From: Octopus sinensis
Taxonomy: Eukaryota
Direction: 5' to 3'
Length of the DNA stretch: 64,000 nucleotides
Assembly (NCBI RefSeq): GCF_006345805.1
Contig: NC_043004.1
Location: 85,932,001-85,996,000, forward strand
The notes under the pieces: model-generated
What the model was told of the DNA's origin: nothing
The model's database searches: none
What the model saw: the letters and a program-made list of their open reading frames with translations, nothing else
Shown here: positions 14,362-27,900 of the stretch, piece after piece
How the letters are laid out: each line of letters opens with the position of its first letter
How positions within the stretch are numbered: position 1 is the first letter of the stretch
Position numbers and translations under genes: made by a program

Positions 14362-14527
14362 CGAATATAATTTTATTTAATTTATATTAAAATATGTTTA
14401 TGTATTGGATTAAGTCTTTCTTTGTTTGATTTGCAAAATAGTGGTTTTGTCTCTAATTAATATTATATAATATTTTACTATAAAATTGGATTCAATCCTA
14501 AATCTGATTTTCCCTGTAAATTTGGAT

Positions 14528-14542
14528 TTATTCCCTAATATT

Positions 14543-14636
<94 letters not shown>

Positions 14637-14980
14637 TATGTATATGCATATGTATATAATGTATATTTATATGGATATAAATGTATATGTATGCATATAT
14701 ACATATGTATATATATGCATATATGTATGTACATGGATTATTTTTTCTTCTGAAATGACTGTTATCATAGTGATCAGATATGAAATTGGCAAGCAAGATT
14801 CTTGGCGATGAAACATTTAAAAGGCGCGCTGCTACCAGCCATCATTATGTTGCTCCCTGATAATCACAGTTCTCGTATATCTATTTGGGATATCGAAGTT
14901 CATTACATAAGACAAGATCGAGCATGCTAACATCGATAAGTGTACCTGCATACTTGTGGATCTGCTGGCATCGTTATTGA

Positions 14981-15037
<57 letters not shown>

Positions 15038-15038
15038 C

Positions 15039-15075
<37 letters not shown>

Positions 15076-15103
15076 ATATATATACATATATATATACATA
15101 TAT

Positions 15104-15135
<32 letters not shown>

Positions 15136-15272
15136 ATATATATATCTATATTATATATATATATATATGTATATGTATATGTATATATAGGTAACATCAT
15201 TAGAAATAAATGTGGGAAATAAACGCCTGATAACACCACTACGCCACGCACACATACTTAATCACATGCGTA

Positions 15273-15316
<44 letters not shown>

Positions 15317-15353
15317 TGTGTGTCTGTGTGTGTGTATATATATGCATATATAC

Positions 15354-15387
<34 letters not shown>

Positions 15388-15405
15388 GCATATATATATA
15401 TATAC

Positions 15406-15436
<31 letters not shown>

Positions 15437-15590
15437 ATATATATATATAATATATATAAATATACATACATATATACATACATATATTTAAGAATATATA
15501 CATAGAGAAAGAGAGGAGCGGGAGAATGAGAAAGATAGGGATGTACATATAGGGATGTATGTGTGTGTGTGTGTGTGTGCATGTGTGTGT
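14528..15590. repeat. Long degenerate (TA)n/(TG)n field with a short unique island at ~14740-14980
   Basis: Directly visible simple repeats. Confidence 0.9.
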
Positions 15591-16207
15591 ACATGTGTTC
15601 GCTTGTGTGAGAGTGTATGAATGTGTGTGCGTCTGTGTATGAGTGTGTTTGTGTGTTTTAAATATGACGTGTGTCGTTATATCTATCAGTACGTTTGTTT
15701 GTTTTTGCTATTCTCCTCGTTCCAACCGTTTGAATGCATTTGCGTGGGGGAACTGCCTTGAAGAGTCTTAAGTATTTCATATCGACAGCCCTACTTGTTC
15801 CAACCCGATGCATAAAATTTCTCAATCTATATTTATCGAGAGTCCAAGCTACTCTTTCGAAGGCAACATCAATAACATTGAAACGGCGAATTATGTCAAA
15901 CGTAGAAGCGCAAACACGCACCGTACACTCACTCGCAAATATGCACAGGGACTCACTCATTCCCCACAAATACGCATAGAAATACACACAAACAGACAGA
16001 CTCATGCAGACGCACAAAGAGACGTCAGCAGTTATAGGAAGACAACATCAGCGGTTTGATTGTAAATACTTTTTGCAAATCGTGTACAACACATTATATG
16101 CAAGCACTAATGATGCTGTGCAAAAATATAAATCGAAATACAACGTTTACAATACAACAATGATGGAACTATTACAACTATACATATACATACATGCATA
16201 TATATAC

Positions 16208-16254
<47 letters not shown>

Positions 16255-16274
16255 CATATATATATATATACATA

Positions 16275-16344
<70 letters not shown>

Positions 16345-16349
16345 ATATA

Positions 16350-16518
16350 GGTGCGTGCAGGAGTGGCTGTGTGGTAGGTAACTTGCTTACCAGCCACATG
16401 GTTCCGGGTTCATTACCACTGAGGAATGTTTAAGCGTCTTCTTCTATAGCCTCGGGCCATCGAAGCCTTGTGAATGGGTTTGGTAGACGGAAACTGAAAG
16501 AAGCCCGTGGTATATATG

Positions 16519-16599
<81 letters not shown>

Positions 16600-16813
16600 A
16601 TGTTTGTGTGTCTGTGTTTGTGGCTCCAACATCACTTGACAACCGATGGTGGTGTGTTTCCGTTCCCATAACTTAGCGGCTCTGAAAAAGAGACCGATGG
16701 AGTAAGTACTAGGCTTACAAAGAATAGGTCCCGGGGTCAATTTGTTCGACTAAAGGTGGTGCTCCAGCATGGCCGCAGTCAAATGACTAAAACAAGTAAA
16801 AGAGTAAAAGAAT
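16350..16813 (+). mobile_element. SINE family C, full length
   Basis: Head, internal (TA)(TG) tract and complete tail ...gctccagcatggccgcagtcaaatgactaaaacaagtaaaagag. Confidence 0.8.
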
Positions 16814-18129
16814 ATATATATATATATGCATGTATGGATATGTATAATTGCGGGTGCTCATGTAGCACCCTTGTATACATATAAATATATATCTTATATA
16901 ATATCTGTATATCTATATATATATATATACATATATGTCTTCCTACTTCTTATCACATAATTCCATAGTTTTGTCTCTGTTCTAATGATCTATGTATTTA
17001 TTCTATATATACGGTAGCGTATTTCGTATTCACTTTCCTGCGCATACCTGAGGCTTTTTTCGTGTACAATATTGAATATGACAGAACGAAAGCATGCAGA
17101 ATATCTTTGATATACATGAGTTTTCGGCGCTCATACGTACACAAGACGTGTGTGTCTGTGAGTGTGAAATGTGTGCGTTTGTATGTATATATGTAAAGTA
17201 ATCGTCTATATGTACATATATATGTATATACATATGTACATGTTTACATGTACATATATGCATGTAGATATAAGTGTGCGTGTATTTATATAAGTATGTA
17301 TGTACACGGAATAAGTCGAAGCAGGGGCAGCTGAAGAAGGGGAATGTTCTTCGTGTTGTATGTCATGTACTCTATTTATTCGTTGTTTAAAAACGTCCGT
17401 ATCCATGTTTTGTTTTTATGTTTTCGTTTCTAGTTGTGTTCTACGTTTTTTTTTGTGGTGTCCTGTACCCATATATGCATGTATATATATATACATATAG
17501 ATGTAGGTATGTACATATATGTATGTATGTATGAATATTGTTTATTTATTAAATTGTTATTATGTAAATATGTATGTATATATCTATCGTGTATATATGT
17601 ATTTATATAGATATATGTATCTACAAGTTACATACTCACATACATACATAAATACATACATTCACACATACATAAATACATACCTACATTCATACATACA
17701 TATGTAAATACATACATACACATATACATATACTTACACATGCGCTCGCAGATATAATATACTTCTGCACGGTTTCAGTCAACCAAGTCGACAAACTGTT
17801 ATCTGGTCCAGGAATCGAAACCACAATCTTATGGTCACTAAACAACGCGCTTCTAATATTATAGTCAATAGAAAACACCAAAATAGAATATCCACGGACT
17901 TGTCATTTCCTTAAAGTATAGATGTAATGTTTGTTTCGATATGTAAACATATCACTCAAATCTTTCTCCAAGTTGTCATGTGTACTTCAGTTTTTGCCAT
18001 GAAGTCAAGGAGAGAAGAGTGATACATATGAGAATTTTCTTTCTTTAGGACCTCCTGAAACTATTGAGGTTATAAGGTGAAAGTTATCTTCAAACTGGAA
18101 ACCAAGGATTTACGACGGAGTTAATTCCC

Positions 18130-19160
18130 TTAAAGATAGCCAAGGATCAAGTGATGGTAGTGACAGTTTATGCCTACCAGCCAAAGAAAGGTGAACAAAA
18201 TTGAAGAGTTCAGTTCAACGATGTCACAAATGCATTGCATGCGATGGAGCTTATCTTGAGAATTGATTTAATAATTTGTACAGTGAAAAACCAAAGAGTA
18301 CTGGACAGAGCTAGTTCAACAGTCACTGAGTCAATGTTGTTGAAAGATTAGTTAGCAATGTTTTTGAAAGCTGGCCTGGCCATGTCATCAGAACGACTGA
18401 CAACCTATTTCTTTACTACCCACAAGGAGATAAACACAGAGAGGACAAACAAGGACAGACAAACGGATTAAGTCGATTATATCGACCCCAGTGCGTAACT
18501 GGTACTTATTTAATCGACCCTGAAAGGATGAAAGCAAAGTCGACCTCGGCGGAATTTGGACGTAAAGACAGACGAAGTACCTATTTCTTTACTACCCACA
18601 AGGGGCCAAATACAGAGAGGACAAACAAGGACAGACAAACGGTTTAAGTCGATTATATCGACCCCAGTGCGTAACTGGTACTTATTTAATCGATCCCGAA
18701 AGGATGAAAGGCAAAGTCGACCTCGGCGGAATTTGGACGTAAAGACAGATGAAGTACTCCTAAGCATTTCACCCAGCGTGCTAACGATTCTGCCAGTTAG
18801 CCGCTTGACAAGCGTGTAACCGGACAGCTATTCTAAGGCGAACTCATGCAGGACTCACGCAAAGAAAGAAAACCTAAACTGAGGTAAAAGCAACTTCGAA
18901 TGGAGCCGCATTAGTTCACGCGAACTGGAAGCCTCTACCGTAAACAGATTATTGTGGATGACTCTCACCACACGAGCTGCAGATGGCTTCGAAGAGGACG
19001 GACACCAGCGAATCGATGCTGGCAGAGAAAGACATCACAGGGCAACGACTGCTTCAATCAAGTCAACAGACATCTCTGGGTACCTGTGTGCTTGGGTACC
19101 TGTCTTCTTCTAGCTTTGAACTGCGGAGTCACATTCGCTCTCATCTCTGAGAACACAGAC
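18130..19160 (+). mobile_element. Degenerate RTE-clade LINE fragments, interrupted by a SINE dimer
   Basis: VMVVTVYAYQ (APE-like); SWPGHVIRTTD before the SINE; after it GQLF*GELMQDSRKERKPKLR, FEED and SSFELRSHIRSH (RTE C-terminal motifs). Confidence 0.7.
18402..18808 (-). mobile_element. SINE family A dimer (both units carry tailA)
   Basis: Two ~190-bp units with one head; both share a ~7-nt deletion in the B-box region. Confidence 0.85.
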
Positions 19161-21096
19161 TTTGTAGGTAGATTCTGGTTGACTACCAGCAGAGAAAGAG
19201 ATATTCTACCAGCATGTGCAATATGAATGACCTATATTAGATATTAAAACTTAGATATACTCTCCTTTCGTTAGAACCCTCGTAACACTGCCTATCACAT
19301 GGTGTATCTCTTCAAGCAACCTTCATGATATCATTTGAATCTGGAATTACAATCTAGAAGCCACTTTCTTTAAGCATTACTCTTAAGTTTGAACGACCTA
19401 TATCAGTTCTTAAATGAGATATACCTACGTGTAGATTGCTTTCTGTATAACCCTCGTAATTAAGTCTATCATCATAGTGCATTCTCACGAAGCAGCTGTT
19501 CATAGTGACATTTGAATCTCGGATTAGGATCTGGAAACAGCTATTTTTTAAGCATAGCTCTTCAGCTTTTGCTCAGCAAACATGATACCTGTTTAGAAAT
19601 CAAAGGGTTAATTTGAAAGTCAAATATTCCCATCAGGAATACAAAAAAAGAACCGTTAATCCATCACAAACAGTTCAACCTTGTAGTAATGTTGATTCGG
19701 TTAGCGAGATTTTTACATAAAATGCAACCCTTAAAAGCTCTAATGATGCCACCACTTTGGGGCTGTAACCCCAGTGAAAAAAAAAAAAGACGAATGAGAA
19801 AAAAAAAAGCGTAGTTTTACAAGTCTATGATGTCACGTTTTTATTACTGTTCCAAAATACATTGAGATCAAAGTCAGAGTAATTTTCGCTACAAAAAAAA
19901 TGCATATTTACTAATTAAACATGACGTTTAAAGTTAATTTGTATTTAGGTTGCCTCGAAAGTTATCTTGTTCCCTCACTAGCTGATATCACAGATAAAGT
20001 ATTAAATTAACCGCAGTAACACATTTTATTTGTAGATTTTGTTTAGAATTGTAAACACAATTTTAGATAATTATGAAAGCAAAAAACAAAAAGCAAGAGA
20101 AAAAAAACCCAGAAAAACTAAACAGAAAATATACTGAATATGAAAACGAAGGAATTGAAATCTCAATTTTAGATAATTAGTGAAAATATCAATAACAGTA
20201 CTTCGATGTCATTGTTAATTATTACAGCCTTAATGCTCAGGCAGCGTATCATTGTCTTCTTTTTGTTCTTTTTTAATTGTTGTTTACAGATATTCGATTA
20301 TATTTACGCCGATTCAATGAGAAATAAGCTGGAATGAACAATAACAAGTGAATATTGTTAATTAAGATTGACACTATAATGTATAGACCTATAATTAACA
20401 CTGTTGGATAAATTATTGTCTTTAATAATAATTTAATAATATAACCGGAAATGTGACCAAATCAACCCCCACGTCTATTTATATTATAAATGAAGTCACG
20501 TCAATCGAGATTTGAAATCGAAACTGTATTTCATTGGTCAAGAAGTTGCGCTGACATTAAATACACCATAACCTCTGTCGTACTAAAATTGTACCCAGCG
20601 GATACGTAATATTTACAAATTCTGTTCGATTTTGCATAAATCGGCGCACTCGTCACTAATTTTGGCAAATTTGCAAATAGATTTGTTTGGAGATTACGTA
20701 TTGGCACTAATTTGAAAGTTTGTTGAGAATTCTTGCTGGTTATATTATTACTGGTGTACATTAAGTAACGCAGTCACAATCATCGAGGGCCCAATTGTCT
20801 TTGCATTTAGTTTCTGGTTAATTTGTTTCTCTGTAGATTTTATTTACGGAAACTTTATTTCTTTACCTAAGTTCGATAATAAACTATAGGTAACGTTTTG
20901 TTTCGGCAGCGAGCAGATACAATCTTTAGCGCGTCGGATAAAATAAACAGTGGCAATTTTCCGGTTGTGTGCGTTCTGAGTCCAAATGCTGTCGGCTTTG
21001 CCTTTCTTTCTTTCGGGGTCAATAAAATAAGTGCCATTTGAGGACTGGCATTGCTCCAAATTGGTTGGCCCTCTGCTAAAATTAACTTCTCTACTT

Positions 21097-21153
<57 letters not shown>

Positions 21154-21263
21154 ATTATGTATATCTGTTTGCGTATATTCCTGCGTATGTTTGTCTGTAT
21201 TCCTGCGCCGTATTATCTCTATCTATTTACATATATTCTTGCAATAATCTTGCGTATATTGTT

Positions 21264-21560
21264 TGTTCCTTCTCGAGCCAAGCCTGGCTCATAAGGGCCG
21301 GTTTTCCGGTTTCCTAGGCGTATAGGCTCCCCACCTGGACGAGACGTCGGTCCGTCGCAGGTGAGCTGCAAGATGCAGGAGGAAAGAGTGAGAGGAAGTT
21401 GTGGCGAAAGATTCAGCAGAGCTTCGCCACTACCTTCTGTCGGAGCTGCGTGGAGCTTAGGTGTTTCGCTCATAAACACACATATCGCCCGGTCTGAGAT
21501 TCGAACCCGCGATCCCTCGACCGTGAGTCCGCTGTCCTAACCACTAGACTATTTGCCTCC
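21264..21560 (-). mobile_element. tRNA-derived SINE family E
   Basis: A-box tagtctagtgg, B-box ggttcgaatct; middle aagctccacg shared with the 30.6-kb copy; distinct tail tgcgacggacc...gagccaggcttggctcgag. Confidence 0.75.
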
Positions 21561-22021
21561 GATCCTGCGTATATACTTGCGTATATTCCTGTTTCGGTAT
21601 ATCCCTTCGCACGTGTGTATCTGCGTATGTATGTGTCTATGTGTGAGAGTATATGTGTGGTTGCATCCTGCATTAAAAATGTACCGTCACCAAAAGAGCC
21701 TACATGCCAATACAACTGCGCCATTTCTGCAGTGTCCAAACAGCTGCGCCCATTTGTTTCATTCCGGGTATAATGATATTTGGAAAGAGGTTTATTTGGA
21801 AAGAGGTTTCTTAGGGTAGATATACTGATTTAAATTGCGCAGATTCTTTACTTGCTTTTGATATTTCTCCCGAATGCTCTTGGTGAACGTTTCATATATT
21901 CAATTTAATCAGAGCTTTTTCCCATTGGAATACTGTTCAAACATAGCTAAAAATATCTATCCTTCAAAAAGCTAGAGATTATTTTCTTTCAACATTTGCC
22001 TAATCTTCTTACGATACAACA

Positions 22022-22070
22022 TGGGTAGATTCATCTTCATCTTCATCATCATCATCATCATCCTCATCAT

Positions 22071-22123
<53 letters not shown>

Positions 22124-22370
22124 CCATCATCTTAATTATCATTATTAGTGTTGTTGTTGTTATTGCTATCATTTTTCTTCATCTCATAATCATCATGATC
22201 ATCATCACCACGACCATCATCATCATCATCATCATCACATTCATCACAACTATCATCATCATCAGCACATATTCATAATCATCATCCTCATCATCATCAT
22301 TATTATTATTATATTATTATTATTATTATTATTATTATTGCTGTTGTTGTTGTTGTTGTTTTTGTTATTA
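22022..22370. repeat. Compound trinucleotide microsatellite (ATC)n-(ATT)n-(GTT)n
   Basis: Directly visible; source of the poly-M, poly-I and poly-L ORFs. Confidence 0.95.
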
Positions 22371-22394
22371 TCATTATTGGACAGTAAGACAACA

Positions 22395-23180
22395 TCTAAG
22401 AAAATGCACCACCCAAATGCGGACGTTGAGGATCTGTACCTATTTAGAAGTAATGGGGGAGGAGGAATGATGCACGTAGAACTGTGCTATCTAGTAACAA
22501 TGACTGGATGTTGCGGCTTGTGTGCAAATACGAAAGCAGCAAACAATCACATTTTATTGTCAAGAAGGCTTTCAAATTCACAAGGGAACTTGGCATTAAC
22601 CCTGAATAGGTGAAGAACCTGAAACCACAGCCAAGAAAAAAGCAAAACAGGTCAAACAAACAGTAAAAAGAAGGGGTAGAAACAAACTGAGAATTGGTAG
22701 CGCCAGAAGCCTCTGCATGGACAGTATATGGTTTGAAAACGAAGTGCTGATGTAGACCAAGCAACAAGCCATCAGTGGCTGAGTAGATCAGGATTGAAAG
22801 CAGAGACTGAAGGTTTGGTATTGGCGGCACATGATCAAAGCTTGGTTACCAAAAGATACCAGGCTAACATCCTTCAAAACAATTCTGGACCTAAATGCAG
22901 ATTTTGTGATGTATTTGATGAAACAATATAGACCATGCCATCCCGGAATGTCCTGTGCTAACACCAAACGAATACAAAAATAATGTAGGACACTATTCAC
23001 ATTGGAAAATCTGTAAACAATACAAAATTAACTCTCCAGATTAATAAAAAATTAACTCTCCAGGCTTCATCATCATACTGAGTCAAATGAGGAAGGTAAA
23101 AATGTCACTACCCTCTGGGACTTTCCAGTCAATACCGGCAGAACGATCCAGGCTAATCTACCAGACAGTTATTAAAAGTA
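22395..23180 (+). mobile_element. Second degenerate R4/Dong-like fragment, same family as 1-548
   Basis: MHHPNADVEDLYLFRSNGGGG; HQWLSRSGLKAETEGLVLAAHDQSL; PKCRFC...ECPVLTPNEYK; TLWDFPVNTGRTIQAN. Nucleotide similarity to the 1-548 copy. Confidence 0.85.
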
Positions 23181-23189
23181 GGATGGTGG

Positions 23190-23492
23190 TGCTGGTAATG
23201 GGACTCTCGCATTCAGCACAACGTATGGGCGCTCAGGTTTTGCCAGTCGTCCTGCACAAATGATTTGTTCATTGTGATCAAATGTTCGTGCCGCTCATTA
23301 TCTCCCTCTCTGCATCAAATCGACGTTGCATGAACGGGTACACACGGTGTACCTCCCACCAGGTGACCAAGTGTTTACAGAGCAACCTCAGATGCAGTTT
23401 TTCGCTGGATGAAGTGTTTCCCGGTCTAGGAATTGAAACCACGATCTCACCATCGAGAATGCACTGCCATAACCACTAGGCCATGCACCTAC
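23190..23492 (-). mobile_element. Old tRNA-derived SINE
   Basis: Head gtaggtgcatggcctagtggtt...gtggtttcaattcc; body related to 25690-25950. Confidence 0.55.
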
Positions 23493-23712
23493 GAAACAAG
23501 AAACCTCAGGTAAGGACTAATTCGGTTACATCGACCTCAGTGTTCAACTGGTACTTATTATAATGCCCTTGAAGAATGAAAGGCAATGTCGACCACGGCG
23601 GATTTTGTACTGAGAACATAAATTAGACAAAATGTCATTAAGCTTTTTGCCTGCTCGCCGCTTTAAATATTTATAACAAAAACAACAACAACAACAACAA
23701 TGATAATAATAA

Positions 23713-24113
23713 TAATCCTTTCTACTCTAGGCACAAGTCCTGAATTTTGGAGGAGGGAATAGTCGATTATATCGACCTCTGTACTTGACGGGTACTTAAT
23801 TTTATCAACCCCGAAATTATAAAGGGCAACGTCGACCTCGGAGGAATCTGAACTCAGAACGTAGCGGCAGACGAAATACATATTTCTTTACTACCCACAG
23901 GGAGCTAAACACAGAGATGAAAAGCAAGGATAGACAAACGGATTAAGTCGATTAGATCAACCCCAGTGCGTAACTGGTACTTATTTAATCGACCCCGAAA
24001 GGATGAAAGGCAAAGTCGACCTCGGCTGAATTTGAACTCAGAACGTAGCGGCAGACGAAATACCGCTAAGCATTTCGTCCGGATGCTACCGATTCTTCCG
24101 GCACACCGCCTTC
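23713..24113 (-). mobile_element. SINE family A/B dimer
   Basis: Head-body-tailA-body-tailB, junction aaagaaatat|gtatttcgtc. Confidence 0.85.
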
Positions 24114-24126
24114 AATAATAATAATA

Positions 24127-24171
<45 letters not shown>

Positions 24172-24835
24172 CTGTAATGTACGTCCCGTTTCCAATACGT
24201 TTGCTATTATTTTTATTTTCAGATTATATGCGATAACGAAGAAATGTACTATGCACAGGATAGATATTTATATTGGTTGTAAACCCTTATTCCCTTAAAC
24301 ATTTTAATCAATTCCTTCATTGGTTTGCTCGCCATGCAGCCATTTATTTTCGTGATTAAACGAATCCATCGATTATTTCTATGCCTGAATTTCGGTAATA
24401 TTTCTCTAATATCTCGTCAAATCCGCCCACATTTTATTTACCTACAGTGCACAATGGATGTTAATCTTTTAACTTCACTGAACTGGGAAGATTGCTTCAG
24501 GATTATTCATGGTTCTTTATTATAGCCCTACCGTTATGTTTAGTATATTATGCTTAGAATAGGTTTCTTTGGAAAAATCTCAAAACTTTATTGCATTTTC
24601 TACGATGAAGTGAATTTCATTATATACGCTCGTTCATTTGTGACCTGAACTATAATATCGCCTGCGTAAAAATAATATGGGAATAATAAAATGTCTACCA
24701 TTTAAAATGACCAACTTTGATAAGATCGTTGCATGCCATTGGTTCAGGCTTCAGTTCGATGACACGTGACGGAATTGAAGAAATCCAGTAGTCAGGAATT
24801 TGTAGTCGCCCAGAATCTGTTCATGCCAATACATT

Positions 24836-24892
<57 letters not shown>

Positions 24893-25217
24893 TTATATAT
24901 ATGTATGTATACGAAGTCATATCCATACGTTGCTCTTGTTATTGTTGATGGTGATGTTTTTGTTCCTTTTATCGTTCTTGCTTATCACTGATTTAATTTT
25001 GTTTTTGTAGAATTATGAACGAATGCTTTGTTTCTGGAAAGGTGTATCTAGGAATACATTACTGAATATGTACATCTATATTTTTATGGTAATAAATTTA
25101 ACCGAGATTTGACTGCTATTTCTAGAAAGTAGTATGACTCCATGAACATTCCCGCGCTAACACAAAATATACGTACACACACACACACACACATGTGTAT
25201 GTGTGTCTGTGTGTGTG

Positions 25218-25256
<39 letters not shown>

Positions 25257-25987
25257 TGTATAACAGTAAAAGACCCCATTCGGTCAATAATGACCACGGG
25301 ATTGCACCTAGAAAGTTACCGATCGAGGTACATGTGCGGGAACATCGCCCATGTATACCAGCCCCTCGTCTCCACAGCTTGGCACCAGAGACGTCGCAGG
25401 TCATTTCTGCAGCTGAATGAATTAAAGTAAAGTGAAATAAATTTCTATCAAATTTCTACCAAAATCTGAGACTAATGATTTCTACAGCACCAATGCAGAG
25501 AGGATTCCTTATAAATCATTATACAGCTACGTTCCATCTCGACAGTAATTGGAGAGAGTTAAGAGAGCTAAGTTTTTCAATTTATGACTACGCCGCTCTT
25601 TCATATATCATATACTATATTCTGAAAATTGTGTCCCGATTTTTAAGACACATGTGTATGGCTTCAAGAAGATTTTGCTAATTTTTCTAGCATGACCAAG
25701 ATATAGAGATTCCTTCATTAGCGCATTTGTTAAAGGGAAGTGCAGGCATGACTGTACACTAAATGCAATCTCTCCATCAAATCGATATTACTTGTACAGT
25801 GTCAAAGTGTCAAAGTGATCGAAGCGCAATTTGAAATGAACGTGAGATGAAGTGTTTTGCTCAGGAACACTAGTCAGTGCCGGGTCCAGGTTTAGAAACA
25901 ACGATGTTACGATCGTTAGGGCAACACCTTCACCACTAGGCCATGTTCATTCCCCCCCACACACACACACAAACACACGTGTGTGTC

Positions 25988-26021
<34 letters not shown>

Positions 26022-26096
26022 CACATACATACATACATACATACATACATACATACATACATAAATATAGATAGATAGATAGACTTATACATACAT

Positions 26097-26141
<45 letters not shown>

Positions 26142-27297
26142 CACATACATACATACATAAAGATAGATAGATAGACAGATAGATAGATAACGAGGAATGG
26201 AGTGAGAAAGAGAGAGAGAAAGACATTTTATTGTATATATACCAACGTATATATCCGTGCGTGAGAGAGTGAGGAGGAGAGAAGTGGGATGAAGAGAGAA
26301 GAGATTGACAGACCGTGAGATTCATGCGCACACAGTAAGACAAAAACAGAGAGAGGGTGGGGGAGAAGAGAGAGACACCGAGACAGAGCAAGAAAAGCAG
26401 AGAGAAGGAGTGAAAGAGAAACGGAGACAGACAACAGATAGACAGACAAAAGCGTTGGATAAGTTTTTTTGAACCATTGGCTGAAGGCAATGTGACCTAA
26501 TCAATCATCGTTAAGGAATGACCTGTCAAGACATAAGGAAGCGGTGAGCTAGCTTTTGAGAAGAAGATCTATTGAAATCAATTATTAGAAAAGGTCAACT
26601 TGGTGGTCAGTTTTATAGTTACATCTACAATACTGTCCATCTGATACCTTTTCGTAAATGGGGTAAGTTTTATTGTAGAAGTAGCTGTTTCGCTTTATTT
26701 TACCTTCTATTCTTTATTTTGCCTTCTATTTTTCCTATTCTTTTATATTGTGTGCTGTAAAAAAGTAAATTCTTTTACGTTTTCTCTCCTGAACGTATGC
26801 TGTATTGTATTTAAATACTGAAATTATCACAGGAATTCACACAAAAGAAAATAACAACAGCAACAAGCGTTTTTTTTCTTCTTTTTTCACCCCCACCTTC
26901 TCGTTTTTCAATTGTGGGGATTTCATTTTTTTTTTCTTTCTGCTCGGGGTATTATCTATCACACGTTTGTCAAATATGCTTGTCCTTTATATCAAAGGAA
27001 ATTATCTTTGTGTGAGGTAGGTACCACGATGAGAAATAAGTTAAATCAAGAAATTACCTTAATAGTGGACATCGTCCATGTGTGGACGATCTAGGAGATA
27101 CAGACGGGAGGACACTTAATGTATTAAGTGGACAGCGGCCTTAGAGACAAAGAAGAGAAAAATAAAATACAATTTGATTAAATATTTTTAATATGAAGTC
27201 ATCCCTTATACGATAAATGGATGAAGCCAATATTTTAGGTGCTTATATAGTGTTGAACAAAGGCATCAACCAAGCGGGGGTTGTTGAGGTGGTTTCA

Positions 27298-27900
27298 AGA
27301 TACACCCAGGGGGGAGTACGCGTGGAGTTCGATGACTTGCCGCCAGTGATAGAATATATATTTCTTTACTACCCACCAGGGGCTAAACACAGAGGACAAA
27401 CAAGGACAGACAAACGGATTAAGTCGATTACATCGACACCAGTGCGTAACTGGTACTTAATTTATCGACCCTGAAAGGATGAAAGGCAAAGTCGACCTCG
27501 GCGGAATTTGAACTTACAACGTAACGGCAGACGAAATACAGGTACGTATTTCGCCCGGCGTGCTAACGTTTCTGCCAGCTCGCCACCTTCCAGTGATAGA
27601 ATATAAAGACCTAATACCGTACATAAAATGGTAAAAAAAAAAACGAAAAACAAAAGGAAATGTTTGGAATTTAATGACGATAAAACTGATACAAAAAGGT
27701 GAAGAAAAAGAAAAAAGATATAAAAATATTTAACTAAAACATTGAAAATGATATTGCTTGCGAGTGGGGAGCATGCACCTCTATTATTAGAACTCACCCT
27801 TCATTCGTTCGTTCTATGTTTTATGTCCCCACCGTAGTGTCCTGCCTGTCTTTGTGCTGTCCCCTCTGTGTTATGGCCGTAGTGTCAAAATAAAGAATAA
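27298..27900 (+). mobile_element. 5'-truncated retroposed insertion with a Tx1-like 3' end and 16-bp TSD
   Basis: tgttgaggtggtttca at 27282-27297 and 27901-27916; ends gtcccctctgtgtt...aataaagaataa. Confidence 0.6.
27359..27589 (-). mobile_element. SINE family A monomer, full length, with 16-bp TSD
   Basis: ccagtgatagaatata at 27343-27358 and 27590-27605 flanks head-body-tailA; no poly(A). Confidence 0.9.

Larger units (their letters stand above)
14123..14527. mobile_element. Penelope-like terminal-repeat fold-back: ~166-bp inverted arms, 8-nt loop, unique 3' extension, in (TA)n
   Basis: 14123-14288 is the reverse complement of 14297-14466 with few indels; a hammerhead lies in each arm; (TA)n on both flanks. 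Confidence 0.75.

Noticed and set aside
15658-16017. Protein-like 119-aa minus ORF and overlapping plus ORFs
   Set aside because: No recognisable motif or convincing splice sites; the ends run into microsatellite.
18402-18808. Regularly repeated ~190-bp units resembling a CRISPR or satellite array
   Set aside because: No repeat-spacer structure or cas genes; these are tandem SINE units in eukaryotic DNA.
20440-20720. Cluster of bZIP-like (TCACGTCA, TTACGTA) and CCAAT motifs
   Set aside because: Spacing does not match ERSE/UPRE composites and no linked exon was found.
21490-21560. tRNA-like sequences at SINE heads (also 12150-12230, 28532-28600, 61224-61295)
   Set aside because: A and B boxes are present, but there is no closed acceptor stem and each continues into a SINE body; not tRNA genes.
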